From an uncultured Bacteroidota bacterium (GTDB lineage Bacteria > Bacteroidota > Bacteroidia > Bacteroidales > B18-G4): a stretch of 64,000 bases of DNA. The translations under genes and the position numbers were made by a program. The notes beneath the pieces were generated by a model, which ran no database searches, was not told the origin of the DNA, and worked only from the letters and a program-made list of their open reading frames with translations. The DNA lies in assembly GCA_963793485.1 (NCBI GenBank), contig CAWCAB010000003.1, positions 740,418-804,417 of the forward strand, read 5' to 3'. Shown here piece after piece: positions 1 to 9,474 of the stretch (positions are counted from its first letter, which is position 1; every line of letters starts with the position of its first letter).

Positions 1-2
1 AC

Positions 3-146
3 CCTATCCTGACTACCATCGAGAATTTCCGTCCACTTTATGAAGCACTTGTAAAATCAGATGACGATTATGTTTCTGAATTTGACATGGACAAGGCGGT
101 ACAGGAATCTTGCAACTATGTTGGCAGGGTGCCGAATGTACATTAA
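3..146 (+). CDS. hoxF: NAD-reducing hydrogenase diaphorase subunit HoxF, C-terminal fragment (truncated by window edge)
   Basis: Frame 3 reads PILTTIENFRPLYEALVKSDDDYVSEFDMDKAVQESC...*, resembling the HoxF/NuoF C-terminus; lies directly upstream of hoxU. Confidence 0.7.
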   Translation, partial: PILTTIENFRPLYEALVKSDDDYVSEFDMDKAVQESCNYVGRVPNVH

Positions 147-178
147 TCACAATTACGAATCTGAAACGACATAAAAAT

Positions 179-877
179 ATGAACGACAAGATAAAAATAG
201 TCATTGATGGTAAGGATTGCTGGACCGAACCAGGTAAAACCATCATCGATGCTGCCAAGGATAATGGTATCTATATTCCATCTCTCTGTCATGTGGAAGG
301 TGTAAAACCTGCCGGTTCCTGCAGAATTTGTAACGTAAGTGTGAATGGCCGTAATATGACTGCCTGCAGCACCCCAGTTGCTGATGGAATGAATATAGAA
401 AGCAATACTCCCGCTTTGGAAGATATGCGCAAGGCTATCATCGAAGTGATGTTTGTTGCCGGAAACCATTTTTGTCCTGCCTGCGAGAAAAGCGGCAATT
501 GCGAACTCCAGGCCCTGGGATACAAGTACCAGATGATGGTGCCACGCTTCCCATATGAATTCCCTATGAAAGGCGTGAATGCTGAGAGTAAGTATATCTA
601 TCATGACCGCAACCGTTGTATCATGTGTAAAAGATGTGTACGCAGCGTGATAAAAGATGGTAAACACGTATTTGCATTTAACAGCAGGGGAGGGGAAAAC
701 CTTCATGTTGAGATCGATACCGGACTTGCTTCACAGTTGACAGAAGCTGAAGCCCAGGAAGCCATGGATATCTGTCCTGTAGGCGCGATCATCAAGAAAG
801 AACGTGGTTATTTTGAGCCTATCGGAGAGCGTAAGTATGACAAAACGCCAATTGGTAGTGAAATTGAAAACAAATAA
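179..877 (+). CDS. hoxU: NAD-reducing hydrogenase Fe-S subunit HoxU
   Basis: IPSLCH...GSCRIC...TAC (2Fe-2S), NHFCPACEKSGNCELQ, RCIMCKRC...CPVGA; start placed at ATG 179 (MNDKIKIVIDG). Confidence 0.9.
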   Translation: MNDKIKIVIDGKDCWTEPGKTIIDAAKDNGIYIPSLCHVEGVKPAGSCRICNVSVNGRNMTACSTPVADGMNIESNTPALEDMRKAIIEVMFVAGNHFCPACEKSGNCELQALGYKYQMMVPRFPYEFPMKGVNAESKYIYHDRNRCIMCKRCVRSVIKDGKHVFAFNSRGGENLHVEIDTGLASQLTEAEAQEAMDICPVGAIIKKERGYFEPIGERKYDKTPIGSEIENK

Positions 878-895
878 AAAAAAGGAGACCAAATA

Positions 896-1444
896 ATGAG
901 CAAACCAGTAGTAGCAACAACATCACTGGCCGGCTGTTTCGGTTGTCATATGTCCTTACTCGATATCGACGAGAGGATACTTGAACTGATCGAGTTGGTT
1001 GAATTCAATAAATCTCCGGTAGATGATATCAAGACTTTTACAAAGCAATGTGACATAGGCCTGATAGAAGGCGGATGCTGTAACAGCGAGAATGTCCATG
1101 TTTTGAAAGATTTCCGGAAAAACTGTAAGATCCTCGTATCACTGGGTGAATGCGCGATCATGGGTGGCCTTCCTGCCCTCAGGAACGGGATCCCGGTTGA
1201 GGAGTGCATCAGGGAAGCGTATCTCGACGGTCCTACTGTTGGACTGAACAAAGAAGGAATTCTTCCTAATGATGATGAACTGCCGATGATCCTTGACAAA
1301 GTATATCCCTGCCACGAGATCGTAAAGATCGATTATTACCTGCCGGGATGTCCTCCAAGGGCTGACCTCATCTGGAATGCACTTATTGCCCTGGTAACGG
1401 GTGATGAGTTGAAATTACCCTACGAAGTAGTAAAATTTGATTAA
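896..1444 (+). CDS. hoxY: [NiFe]-hydrogenase small subunit HoxY
   Basis: LAGCFGCHMSLLD, GECA, PGCPP motifs; 182 aa single-cluster small subunit. Confidence 0.92.
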   Translation: MSKPVVATTSLAGCFGCHMSLLDIDERILELIELVEFNKSPVDDIKTFTKQCDIGLIEGGCCNSENVHVLKDFRKNCKILVSLGECAIMGGLPALRNGIPVEECIREAYLDGPTVGLNKEGILPNDDELPMILDKVYPCHEIVKIDYYLPGCPPRADLIWNALIALVTGDELKLPYEVVKFD

Positions 1445-1459
1445 AAAGGAGACCATACT

Positions 1460-2912
1460 ATGGCACAGAAAATAACTATCGAACCGGTAACCCGAGTTGA
1501 AGGACATGGCAAGGTTACCGTACACCTGGACGATCAATAATAATGTTTCACAAACCAGGTTGCATATCGTAGAATTCAGGGGATTCGAACGCTTTGTGCA
1601 GGGGCGCCCCTACTGGGAAGCACCTGTTCTTGTACAGCGTTTATGCGGAATTTGTCCTGTAAGCCACCATCTGGCAGCTGCCAAAGCCCTCGACGTGATC
1701 GTAGGTGCTGGCACAGGTGATGGTCTTACCCCCACAGGAGAAAAAATGCGTCGCCTGATGCATTACGGACAAATGTTCCAGTCACATGCTTTGCATTTCT
1801 TCCACCTCGCCTCACCCGACCTGCTATTTGGTATCGACGGTGACCCGGCAATCAGAAACGTGATCGGCGTGGCCCTCGAGCATAAAGACCTTGCTGTACA
1901 GGGTGTGATGATGCGTAAATACGGTCAGGAGATCATCCGTGCAACTGCAGGTAAGAAGATCCATGGAACCGGTGCTATCCCCGGTGGGATCAATAAACAC
2001 CTCAGCGCTGAAGATAAAGAATCATTCCTGAATGGCCCCGATCCACTCAACATCGAGTATATGATCGGCTGGGCACAGGGAGCACTCGATTTCTTTAAAG
2101 GATATTATAAAGAGAACAAGGGCTTTATCGACAACTTTGCACAGTTTGATTCAAACCACCTCAGCCTTGTACGCAAGGATGGTGCCCTCGACCTATATCA
2201 TGGGGTGCTCAGGGCAGTTGATACAAACGGAAACAAGATCCTCGACGATATCGACTATCAGTATTACAATGATTATATTGAAGAAGAAGTTCGTTCATGG
2301 AGCTATATGAAATTCCCTTACCTGAAGACCTTGGAAAAGAAAAAGGATGGTACAGGGTTGGACCACTGGCCCGTTTGAATACATGTGATTTTATTCCTAC
2401 TCCTCTGGCACAGAAGGAGTTCGAAGAATATAAATCGCTGACCAACGGTAAGCCTAACGGTCATTGCATGCATTATCATTATGCTAGGCTGATCGAAACA
2501 CTTCACTCTGCTGAGATGATTAAAGAACTTCTTAATGATCCTGACCTGATGAAGGGCGACCTGACAATTAAGGGTGAAAAACGTTCTGAAGGTGTTGGTC
2601 TTATTGAAGCTCCTCGCGGAACCTTGTTCCATCACTATGCAGATCAATGAGGATGACCAGATCACTATGGCGAACCTGATCGTTTCCACTACCAACAACA
2701 ATGAACCTATGAACCAGTCGGTGAACAGGGTTGCCAAGAGTTGGATGAATGGACAGAAAGAGATTACTGAGCCGATGATGAATGCTGTTGAAGTAGCGAT
2801 CAGGGCCTATGACCCTTGCCTGAGTTGTGCAACACATGCTCTTGGTAAAATGCCTCTTGAGGTTTCTTTATATGATTCTTCAAACAACCTGATTGATAAA
2901 AAGAGGACCTAG
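1460..2912 (+). CDS. hoxH: [NiFe]-hydrogenase large subunit HoxH (group 3d), three apparent frameshifts near 1535, 2328 and 2639
   Basis: [18 protein letters not shown] from ATG 1460; L1 motif [22 protein letters not shown]2 motif DPCLSCATH followed by a cleavable tail; pieces lie in different frames joined by 1-nt indels. Confidence 0.9.
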
Positions 2913-2918
2913 AAACAC

Positions 2919-3398
2919 TTGAAAATACTTATTTACGGATACGGGAATCCGGGCAGACAGGATGACGGCCTCGGAAATGCTTTTACAAACAGGATACAGG
3001 AATGGGTTGCCATTGAAGGCCTGCACGATTTTCATTTCGACAGCAACTACCAGTTGAATATAGAAGATGCTGAAGAAATTGCAGGTATGGACCTTGTTAT
3101 TTTTGCCGATGCATCAGAAGAAGAAATTGATGATTTCTGCCTGAGCAAGGTGGATGGCACTTCCGGGCTTTCTTTCACTACCCATGCTGCATCGCCTGGG
3201 TATATCGTTAAATTATGTGAGGAACTGTTCAACAAAAATCCTCTTGTGTTGTTATTACACATTAAAGGTTACGAATGGGAATTTAAAGAAGGGCTCAGTG
3301 AAAAGGCTACGGCCAATCTCAAAGCTGCCCTTGTCTATATGAAAAAACATCTGCTTCATCCAGATGAATTCCTGAAGCCGGATTTAAAATTTTGTTAA
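2919..3398 (+). CDS. hoxW: Hydrogenase maturation endopeptidase
   Basis: GYGNPGRQDDGLG, FADA, TTH motifs; immediately after hoxH. Confidence 0.88.
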   Translation: MKILIYGYGNPGRQDDGLGNAFTNRIQEWVAIEGLHDFHFDSNYQLNIEDAEEIAGMDLVIFADASEEEIDDFCLSKVDGTSGLSFTTHAASPGYIVKLCEELFNKNPLVLLLHIKGYEWEFKEGLSEKATANLKAALVYMKKHLLHPDEFLKPDLKFC

Positions 3399-3419
3399 AC
3401 TATCAATTATTCAGTTATT

Positions 3420-4391
3420 ATGGATATGAAAACTACTTATATGGGGTTGGAGCTTAAAAACCCCATCATCGTAAGCAGCTCAAAACTTACCAGCACCATT
3501 GAAAATATTCGCAAGTGTGCTGATCAGGGTGCCGGAGCCATCGTGCTCAAATCACTCTTTGAAGAGCAATTGCTGGCTGATTCAGATAAGTTGATGGACA
3601 GGGATGAGAAATATTTCTGGTACCCTGAAGCTGTTGACTTTATCAATCAGCATTCGAAAGACTATGGCGTAAATGAGTATCTTGAACTCCTTGCTGAAGC
3701 TAAGAAATACACAACTATTCCAATCATTGCCAGTATCAATTGTACTACTGCCGATGAATGGCCTAAATTTGCCAAAACACTGGAAGAATCGGGTGCTGAT
3801 GGCATCGAGTTGAATATTTCGATCATTCCCATGAGTGGGGAGATCAGCAGCCTGGAGGTTGAAGACAGGTATGTTGAGATCATCAAGGAGGTGAAGAAAT
3901 ATACAAGCCTCCCGATCTCGGTTAAATTTGGACCATTGTTCACTAATCCTGTGAATATCATTCAGCGGATGGATGATGCTGGTGCAGATGCCCTGGTGAT
4001 CTTCAATCGTTTTTATCGCCCCGACATTAACATCCACACAGAATCTATCGTTCATAATAATATCCTCAGCGGGCCGGAAGAAATGACACAATCATTGCGT
4101 TGGGTATCATTGCTTTCTGATAAAGTAAAATGTGATGTGGCAGCCAATACAGGTATCCATGATGCAGGTGGTATGATCAAACAGCTGCTTGGTGGTGCTG
4201 ATGCAGTACAGATATGCTCTACTCTATACAGCAACGGTATCAGCTATATCGATACTATGCTCAATGATCTGAAAGAATGGATGGAAGATCATAACTATAA
4301 CTCGATCAATGACTTCAAAGGCAAGATAGCCCGTGATAATGAGCATGCCGCAGCTTTTGCACGTGTTCAGTTTATGAAAAGGAACATTTAG
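3420..4391 (+). CDS. Dihydroorotate dehydrogenase-like FMN protein
   Basis: LKNPIIVSSS, GAIVLKSLFEEQ, PIIASIN, FNRFYRPDI, GADAVQICS; lacks the NxSCP catalytic Cys. Confidence 0.85.
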   Translation: MDMKTTYMGLELKNPIIVSSSKLTSTIENIRKCADQGAGAIVLKSLFEEQLLADSDKLMDRDEKYFWYPEAVDFINQHSKDYGVNEYLELLAEAKKYTTIPIIASINCTTADEWPKFAKTLEESGADGIELNISIIPMSGEISSLEVEDRYVEIIKEVKKYTSLPISVKFGPLFTNPVNIIQRMDDAGADALVIFNRFYRPDINIHTESIVHNNILSGPEEMTQSLRWVSLLSDKVKCDVAANTGIHDAGGMIKQLLGGADAVQICSTLYSNGISYIDTMLNDLKEWMEDHNYNSINDFKGKIARDNEHAAAFARVQFMKRNI

Positions 4392-4432
4392 AGGTACTTG
4401 AAATATTTAGAGTACTTATAGTACTTAGAATT

Positions 4433-4467
4433 AGGGTGAAATTTTTAAAAAAAAGTTCACCCTTTTT
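4433..4467 (+). terminator. Hairpin terminator between hox operon and convergent genes
   Basis: AGGGTGAA...TTCACCCT followed by a T-run. Confidence 0.55.
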
Positions 4468-4469
4468 AC

Positions 4470-4520
4470 TTAGGCATTAGGCACTGGGCATTAGGCACTG
4501 GGCACTAGGCACTAGGCACT
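4470..4520. repeat. Heptamer tandem array (TAGGCAC/TGGGCAC-like, about 7 units)
   Basis: taggcat taggcac tgggcat taggcac tgggcac taggcac taggcac. Confidence 0.85.
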
Positions 4521-4712
4521 TGCAACTTTTTCCTCCACAAGCCCATACTCTCCAATCCTATACCCCAAATGATTCCTGCCTGTCCGTACAATATCCTGCC
4601 CCTCACAGGCCGAAATCCCTGTCCATTTGCAGTTTTTACAATGGCTGGTACCATTGATCTGAACGCCCCAACATTCGTCATGGGAAAGTTTTGAAGTATC
4701 GACCTTTTTCAT
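4512..4712 (-). CDS. Small Cys-rich hypothetical protein (66 aa)
   Basis: ECWGVQ...HCKNCKW...ACEG with 4 Cys; TAGATTTG -7 box upstream (plus-strand 4727-4734). Confidence 0.6.
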   Translation of the reverse strand: MKKVDTSKLSHDECWGVQINGTSHCKNCKWTGISACEGQDIVRTGRNHLGYRIGEYGLVEEKVASA

Positions 4713-4766
4713 TGCACTATTTTTTACAAATCTATAAAAAACATATATAAAGAAAAAATAAATATG

Positions 4767-5480
4767 TTATATTGTTGAAAGGAACCAGTAGATTCCTATC
4801 CCAATCGCAATGAAACCACCAATAAGCCTGACGACCTGGAATGCTTTAGGGCTTTTAATGGCATCTGAACGCTGACCAATATATCCGAGTATGGCAGCAT
4901 ATAGCGTCATGGCGGCCAGGGTTCCGATGGCAAATCCTGCCAGGTAAAGCACTGAGTCGGTCATGGAAGGGAGTGCCAGTGTGGGGAGAAGGAGAATTAG
5001 ATGGGATACTCCGGCAAAACCATGTATGGTTCCTACACCCAGCGCGGCCATATTGTTTTGCCTGATCACTTTGCTGTGAGTATGGCTGTGTTCCGGTACA
5101 TGTGTATGTTCATGCTCATGTGGATGTGCATGAATGTGTACATGAGGTTCCGGATCCTTATGAAAATGCGGATGCTTGTGTTTTGGGATACTTTTATTAA
5201 AAACCTTGTAAATAGCCCATATCCCGATTCCAATCAGAATGAGTCCAACGATCTGCTCACTGTATTGAGAAATCGCTTCTACCGGAATAAATTCCTTAAA
5301 CAATAGGAACAGCATGCCGATCAATAGCATGCCCAGAATATGTCCCAATCCCCAAAAAAGGCCAACACCCCAGGAGCGCTTTTTGCTTTCAATGGCAAGA
5401 GGAGTAACAGCGGCCAGGTGGTCAGGACCTGTGATCACATGAAGTGAACTGGCTATGAAGCCGGCAATGATCTGTATCAT
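4767..5480 (-). CDS. Nickel/cobalt permease (UreH/NiCoT-like) with His-rich loop
   Basis: LHVITGPDHLAAV, WGLGH, HKHPHFH..HVHIHAHPHEHEHTH..HSHTH, GTIHGFAG; about 6 TM segments. Confidence 0.85.
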   Translation of the reverse strand: MIQIIAGFIASSLHVITGPDHLAAVTPLAIESKKRSWGVGLFWGLGHILGMLLIGMLFLLFKEFIPVEAISQYSEQIVGLILIGIGIWAIYKVFNKSIPKHKHPHFHKDPEPHVHIHAHPHEHEHTHVPEHSHTHSKVIRQNNMAALGVGTIHGFAGVSHLILLLPTLALPSMTDSVLYLAGFAIGTLAAMTLYAAILGYIGQRSDAIKSPKAFQVVRLIGGFIAIGIGIYWFLSTI

Positions 5481-5481
5481 A

Positions 5482-6930
5482 TTATTCTGATTGTGTTATT
5501 TTAAATATTTCATTTCTATCAAGCTTAACCCAATATTGAATTGCCAGGGCTCTTATGTATTTCCAGTAATCCTCTGATCCCAGAGTATAATGCTCAATGG
5601 CAAAATGAATCTCATCCCTGATCATTTTTATATATTCATCTTTAAGTGTAATCCTGATCTTTGCGTTTTTAAAGCTAAATTCTGCTGCCGGAAGGGGCCT
5701 TTCCAGGTGGGTTGCATAAATCAAACCATGGCCTAGTGTAGAACCTGTGCTTACCTGCAAACCGTCGTTCATGCAGCTCACTGGAGGCTCTGTTCCTGCC
5801 AGAGAAATAATTTGCAGATCATCAAGACCAATGTTGAAATATTCTCGTGCCCTGATCCCCATTTTCATCCCTATAATGGCATAAATACCCAGGTGCCCGT
5901 GTAGCTCATTGGTCAGGACCCCTGCCCTCCATTCTACTTTGCCGTGGTTTTCTATCACGGCTTGTATCGCGGGTGCGATATCTTGGGCATAATACATGCT
6001 ATCTTCTGGAATGGCACTGAAGACTTTGTAATCCGGCTCTTTCTCTTCCAGGAACTGGAGATAATAATCCAATATTGAATCAGTGCTGCACAGGCTCATG
6101 TACTTAACATATGCATATTCGGGAGATGGTGTAGCACTGAATAAACCCGGTTCAAGCATGTATATTGCAAGAAGATCATCCCACATTGTTTTTCGCCCGA
6201 CACTTAGTTTATTCTTTGAATAATCTGACAAATGAATTTCGGCAAGGTGCCTGGCATATCTGGAAGGGGTAGAGCCCGCCTTTTTCCAGAATGCATCATC
6301 AAGATCAGGAGTATGCGTATTGATCTCATTAACAATAACTACGGGTATTCCCGACCTGGCTACGGACTCATATGCTTTTGGTGAAAACTGATAGTTCAAA
6401 CCAGATTGCATTTCTCTATCATTGAACCAAAGGATCATTTCTATTTTGTCTGCAATGTTTTTTTCTGCCTGAAACACTCTTGCTGCCGAACAAAGGGAAC
6501 CCATGCAAATAATACATACTTCTTCCTCTTCTTCCAGGATCACATTTGATATGAATCCATCATCTTCTGTGAATATTTGGGTTGAATCAGAAATTCCCCA
6601 GGATAATTTGGATATTTTATGTCTTATCGGGGGTATGTCGGTGAGAATTTCTTTGCCCATCCCAACAGGAATGCCTTCATGGTGATATACAGAAAGTAAT
6701 GATCTTACTTTTTCGGCCGTTTGAAAGGGGGCAAGGACACCGTCTGAACAATGAATCGCCAAAACTTCCACTTCTTTGGATGCAAGAAAGAGTGTAATGG
6801 CCCTGAGATCATCCATACCCCCATCGGTATCAATGATCACATGATACCTGGCCTTGCCGGAATGCGCCAGCATAGAGGTTGCCAGGAGCAGAAGAAGACT
6901 AATTAAAATGATGTGTTTTACAAGGCTCAT
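5482..6930 (-). CDS. Exported nucleoside-hydrolase-fold protein fused to a C-terminal FmdE-like domain
   Basis: Signal peptide; IIDTDGGMDD (DxDxxxDD) and WDD motifs; C-terminal ELHGHLGIYAIIGMKMG...SCMNDGLQVSTGSTLGHG (FmdE-type). Confidence 0.8.
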   Translation of the reverse strand: MSLVKHIILISLLLLLATSMLAHSGKARYHVIIDTDGGMDDLRAITLFLASKEVEVLAIHCSDGVLAPFQTAEKVRSLLSVYHHEGIPVGMGKEILTDIPPIRHKISKLSWGISDSTQIFTEDDGFISNVILEEEEEVCIICMGSLCSAARVFQAEKNIADKIEMILWFNDREMQSGLNYQFSPKAYESVARSGIPVVIVNEINTHTPDLDDAFWKKAGSTPSRYARHLAEIHLSDYSKNKLSVGRKTMWDDLLAIYMLEPGLFSATPSPEYAYVKYMSLCSTDSILDYYLQFLEEKEPDYKVFSAIPEDSMYYAQDIAPAIQAVIENHGKVEWRAGVLTNELHGHLGIYAIIGMKMGIRAREYFNIGLDDLQIISLAGTEPPVSCMNDGLQVSTGSTLGHGLIYATHLERPLPAAEFSFKNAKIRITLKDEYIKMIRDEIHFAIEHYTLGSEDYWKYIRALAIQYWVKLDRNEIFKITQSE

Positions 6931-7331
6931 TACTTGATCATTGAAGTTACCAGTTTACCATGCTTAACCCCCTTTATCGCTATTAATCGATCAGCCAATG
7001 TTCGCAACTCATTGGATTTGCCTTTTAAAGAGATGGTTTCAAGACAATTATGATGATCAAGGTGTACATGTTGGACAGCCAGGATAAGGTGGTGAAAATC
7101 GTGTTGTATTTCTGTAGAACGGTTTTGCAGATCGCGCCTGTGATGATCATACACAAGAACAATTGCACCGGCTACTTCTTCACTTCCTTCCCACTGATTA
7201 TCAACCTTGCTCAAACTGATCAAATGCCTGATGGCCTGAGAACGGTTAGGAAATTGTTTTTGTGAAACCAAGTCGTCGAGGTAATACAGGTATTCCTCCT
7301 CAATTGAAACGCCAAAACGTTTTAAACTCAT
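6930..7331 (-). CDS. nikR: Nickel-responsive regulator NikR
   Basis: Ribbon-helix-helix RFGVSI...[27 protein letters not shown]i ligands; start at ATG 7331. Confidence 0.95.
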   Translation of the reverse strand: MSLKRFGVSIEEEYLYYLDDLVSQKQFPNRSQAIRHLISLSKVDNQWEGSEEVAGAIVLVYDHHRRDLQNRSTEIQHDFHHLILAVQHVHLDHHNCLETISLKGKSNELRTLADRLIAIKGVKHGKLVTSMIK

Positions 7332-7398
7332 AGTAACATCATTTTTAAAAAAGTAACACGCAAAAATAATAAATCCTTTGTGTTGTAGTAACACGCAA
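7332..7398 (-). promoter_or_regulatory. nikR promoter with repeated GTAACA(C) boxes (candidate NikR operator)
   Basis: AGTAACACGCAA at 7352-7363 and 7387-7398, AGTAACA at 7332-7338; minus-strand TATTTTTG -7 box at 7361-7368. Confidence 0.55.
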
Positions 7399-7499
7399 GC
7401 TAATTTTTAAGATTTCTAAACAAACATTTTGTTTGCTGGGCTGCAGGCCTTGGATTGTGGGCAATGATGTAATACTTTTTGTATTATCTTGCACTTAAA

Positions 7500-8246
7500 A
7501 TGAGTACGAATTACAGGTATTTTATCAAACTGGCCTATAATGGAAAAGCCTACCACGGCTGGCAGGTACAGGACAATGCCATCAGCGTTCAGCAGGTTTT
7601 GGAGGATGCATTTTCTACCATTTTTGGCAATCCGATCGCGATCACAGGAGCCGGCCGGACGGACACCGGTGTGCATGCAAGGAAATTCTATGCTCATTTC
7701 GAACTCGATAAGCAATTATCAGATGATGAAGTAACAGAAAAGCTATTCAAGCTGAATAATTTTTTACCAAAGGATATTTTGTTATTCGATATTTCTCCTG
7801 TGAAGCCAGATATTCATGCCCGTTTTTCGGCCATTTCACGAACCTATGAGTATGTGATAAGCACCCGCAAAGATCCCTTCAATGATGAATTTTCCTGGTT
7901 GGTCTATCACAAGCTGGATGTGGATAAAATGAATGAAGGTGCCGCTATATTATTGGAATATAAGGATTTTACTAGTTTTTCTAAGCTCCATACACAGGTA
8001 AAAACCAACAACTGTGATGTGAAGGAAGCATTTTGGGAACAAAAAGGTGATTTGCTTATTTTTACCATTAAGGCAGATCGATTTCTGAGAAATATGGTCA
8101 GGGCTATTGTGGGTACCCTGGTTGATCTGGGCAGAGGAAAAATCAATCTTGAGGAATTCAGAACCATCATTGAAGCAAAAGACCGCTCCGAAGCCGGCCT
8201 TTCCGTCCCGGCCCAGGGTTTATACCTTATTGACATCGAATATTAG
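7500..8246 (+). CDS. truA: tRNA pseudouridine(38-40) synthase
   Basis: YHGWQVQ, GAGRTDTGVHA, FLRNMVR motifs. Confidence 0.95.
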   Translation: MSTNYRYFIKLAYNGKAYHGWQVQDNAISVQQVLEDAFSTIFGNPIAITGAGRTDTGVHARKFYAHFELDKQLSDDEVTEKLFKLNNFLPKDILLFDISPVKPDIHARFSAISRTYEYVISTRKDPFNDEFSWLVYHKLDVDKMNEGAAILLEYKDFTSFSKLHTQVKTNNCDVKEAFWEQKGDLLIFTIKADRFLRNMVRAIVGTLVDLGRGKINLEEFRTIIEAKDRSEAGLSVPAQGLYLIDIEY

Positions 8247-8262
8247 CAGCCCCCAGCCTTGT

Positions 8263-8848
8263 CTACCGCCTACTACCTACTCTCATTTGAACTGCTGCTT
8301 CAACAATATCTACCGCCCTCATCCCATACTTATCCATTAATTCCCCGGGTTCACCAGATTCTCCAAAACGGTCAGGCATGCCAGTCATCCGTATCGGTAG
8401 GGGCTGAACCCTAAGGACTACTTCCGCAACAGCGCTGCCAAGACCTCCTGTGATCTGGTGCTCTTCGGCTGTGATAATGTAAGCAGTTTCTTTAGCTGCT
8501 TTAATGATGGCTTCTTCATCAATTGCTCGTCCGAATCTCAGGTAAACAGGTCCGTTGACCTGCTCTATGGCTGCCATAGTAGCTGCTCTGGTCTGTTTAG
8601 CGTCGCAGGGTGATAGAACGATCATGTGAGGCAGGACACGCATGACGGCAATATCTTCCAGGGCCTGATGGGTAACACAATCCGGGCCCACGGAAATACA
8701 GGTATGTGAAAATATCGGCCAGCCCGAGTGAGCCTCCGGTATGGCCGGAACCAGCCTCAGATATACTACGGATAATGTTGGCCCTGATTTCTTTGGAGAT
8801 CTTCTTAAGTTCCGGATCGGGAAGTCTGTCAATATTTATGATGACCAT
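8263..8848 (-). pseudogene. Remnant of a two-subunit transketolase, collapsed by deletions
   Basis: N-subunit start (AGSGHTGGSLGLADIFTYLYF) joined out of frame to C-subunit pieces (VGPDCVTHQALED...GPVYLRFGR|AIDEEAI...EEHQITGGLGSAVAE...DRFGESG). Confidence 0.8.
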
Positions 8849-8862
8849 TTATTCTATAATTC

Positions 8863-9381
8863 TTACCACATGGGATATGAGAAAGCATATTTAAAGAAAT
8901 AGAAAGCACAGACCCCTGAGTAAACGAGCTTGAGGAAAGTGCCTGTGAGAAAGCCAATAAAAGAGCCGATAGCAGCAATAAAAGATTCTTTGGAGTCGCG
9001 GTTGCCAGTGGCTTCACCAATATAAGCGCCAACAAAGGGACCTAAGATGATGCCAAACACGCCAAAAGGCCCGAGCACAACAATGGATGGCAATATAAAA
9101 ATTCCAAATATCAGACCTATGGTACTACCCCAGACGCCTCGTTTGGTCCCGCCAAATTTTTTAGTTCCGTATATGGGTACAATATAATCAAGCACAGTTA
9201 CCAGCACCATGATCCCTGCCAGGGTCCAGATGGTATCCCCATCCAGGCGTGGTGGATCCATAAACCGGAGCAGAATCAATGAGAGAAATGCTACTGCCTG
9301 CCCCGGCAAGATGGGAAGAATGCAACCTACAATGCCTACCAGAAGCAGGATAATCCCTAAGACAAACAATAAAATATCCAT
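8863..9381 (-). CDS. DUF456-like membrane protein
   Basis: GCILPILPG, GTKKFGGTKRGVWGSTIG, GPFVGAYIGE; hydrophobic. Confidence 0.8.
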   Translation of the reverse strand: MDILLFVLGIILLLVGIVGCILPILPGQAVAFLSLILLRFMDPPRLDGDTIWTLAGIMVLVTVLDYIVPIYGTKKFGGTKRGVWGSTIGLIFGIFILPSIVVLGPFGVFGIILGPFVGAYIGEATGNRDSKESFIAAIGSFIGFLTGTFLKLVYSGVCAFYFFKYAFSYPMW

Positions 9382-9474
9382 GGTATTAAACTTTATAACA
9401 AAAATAAGAAATAAGATGGAGTAGAATATGTTAATTCGTTTCAGAAAGTAGTTTTCTGGTAAATTATAAAATGG

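Noticed and set aside
1460..2912. hoxH split into several ORFs (programmed frameshifting or pseudogene)
   Set aside because: All catalytic motifs are intact, and similar 1-nt indels hit essential ligA, hypD and a radical SAM gene, so sequencing error is the simplest explanation; read-level checking is needed
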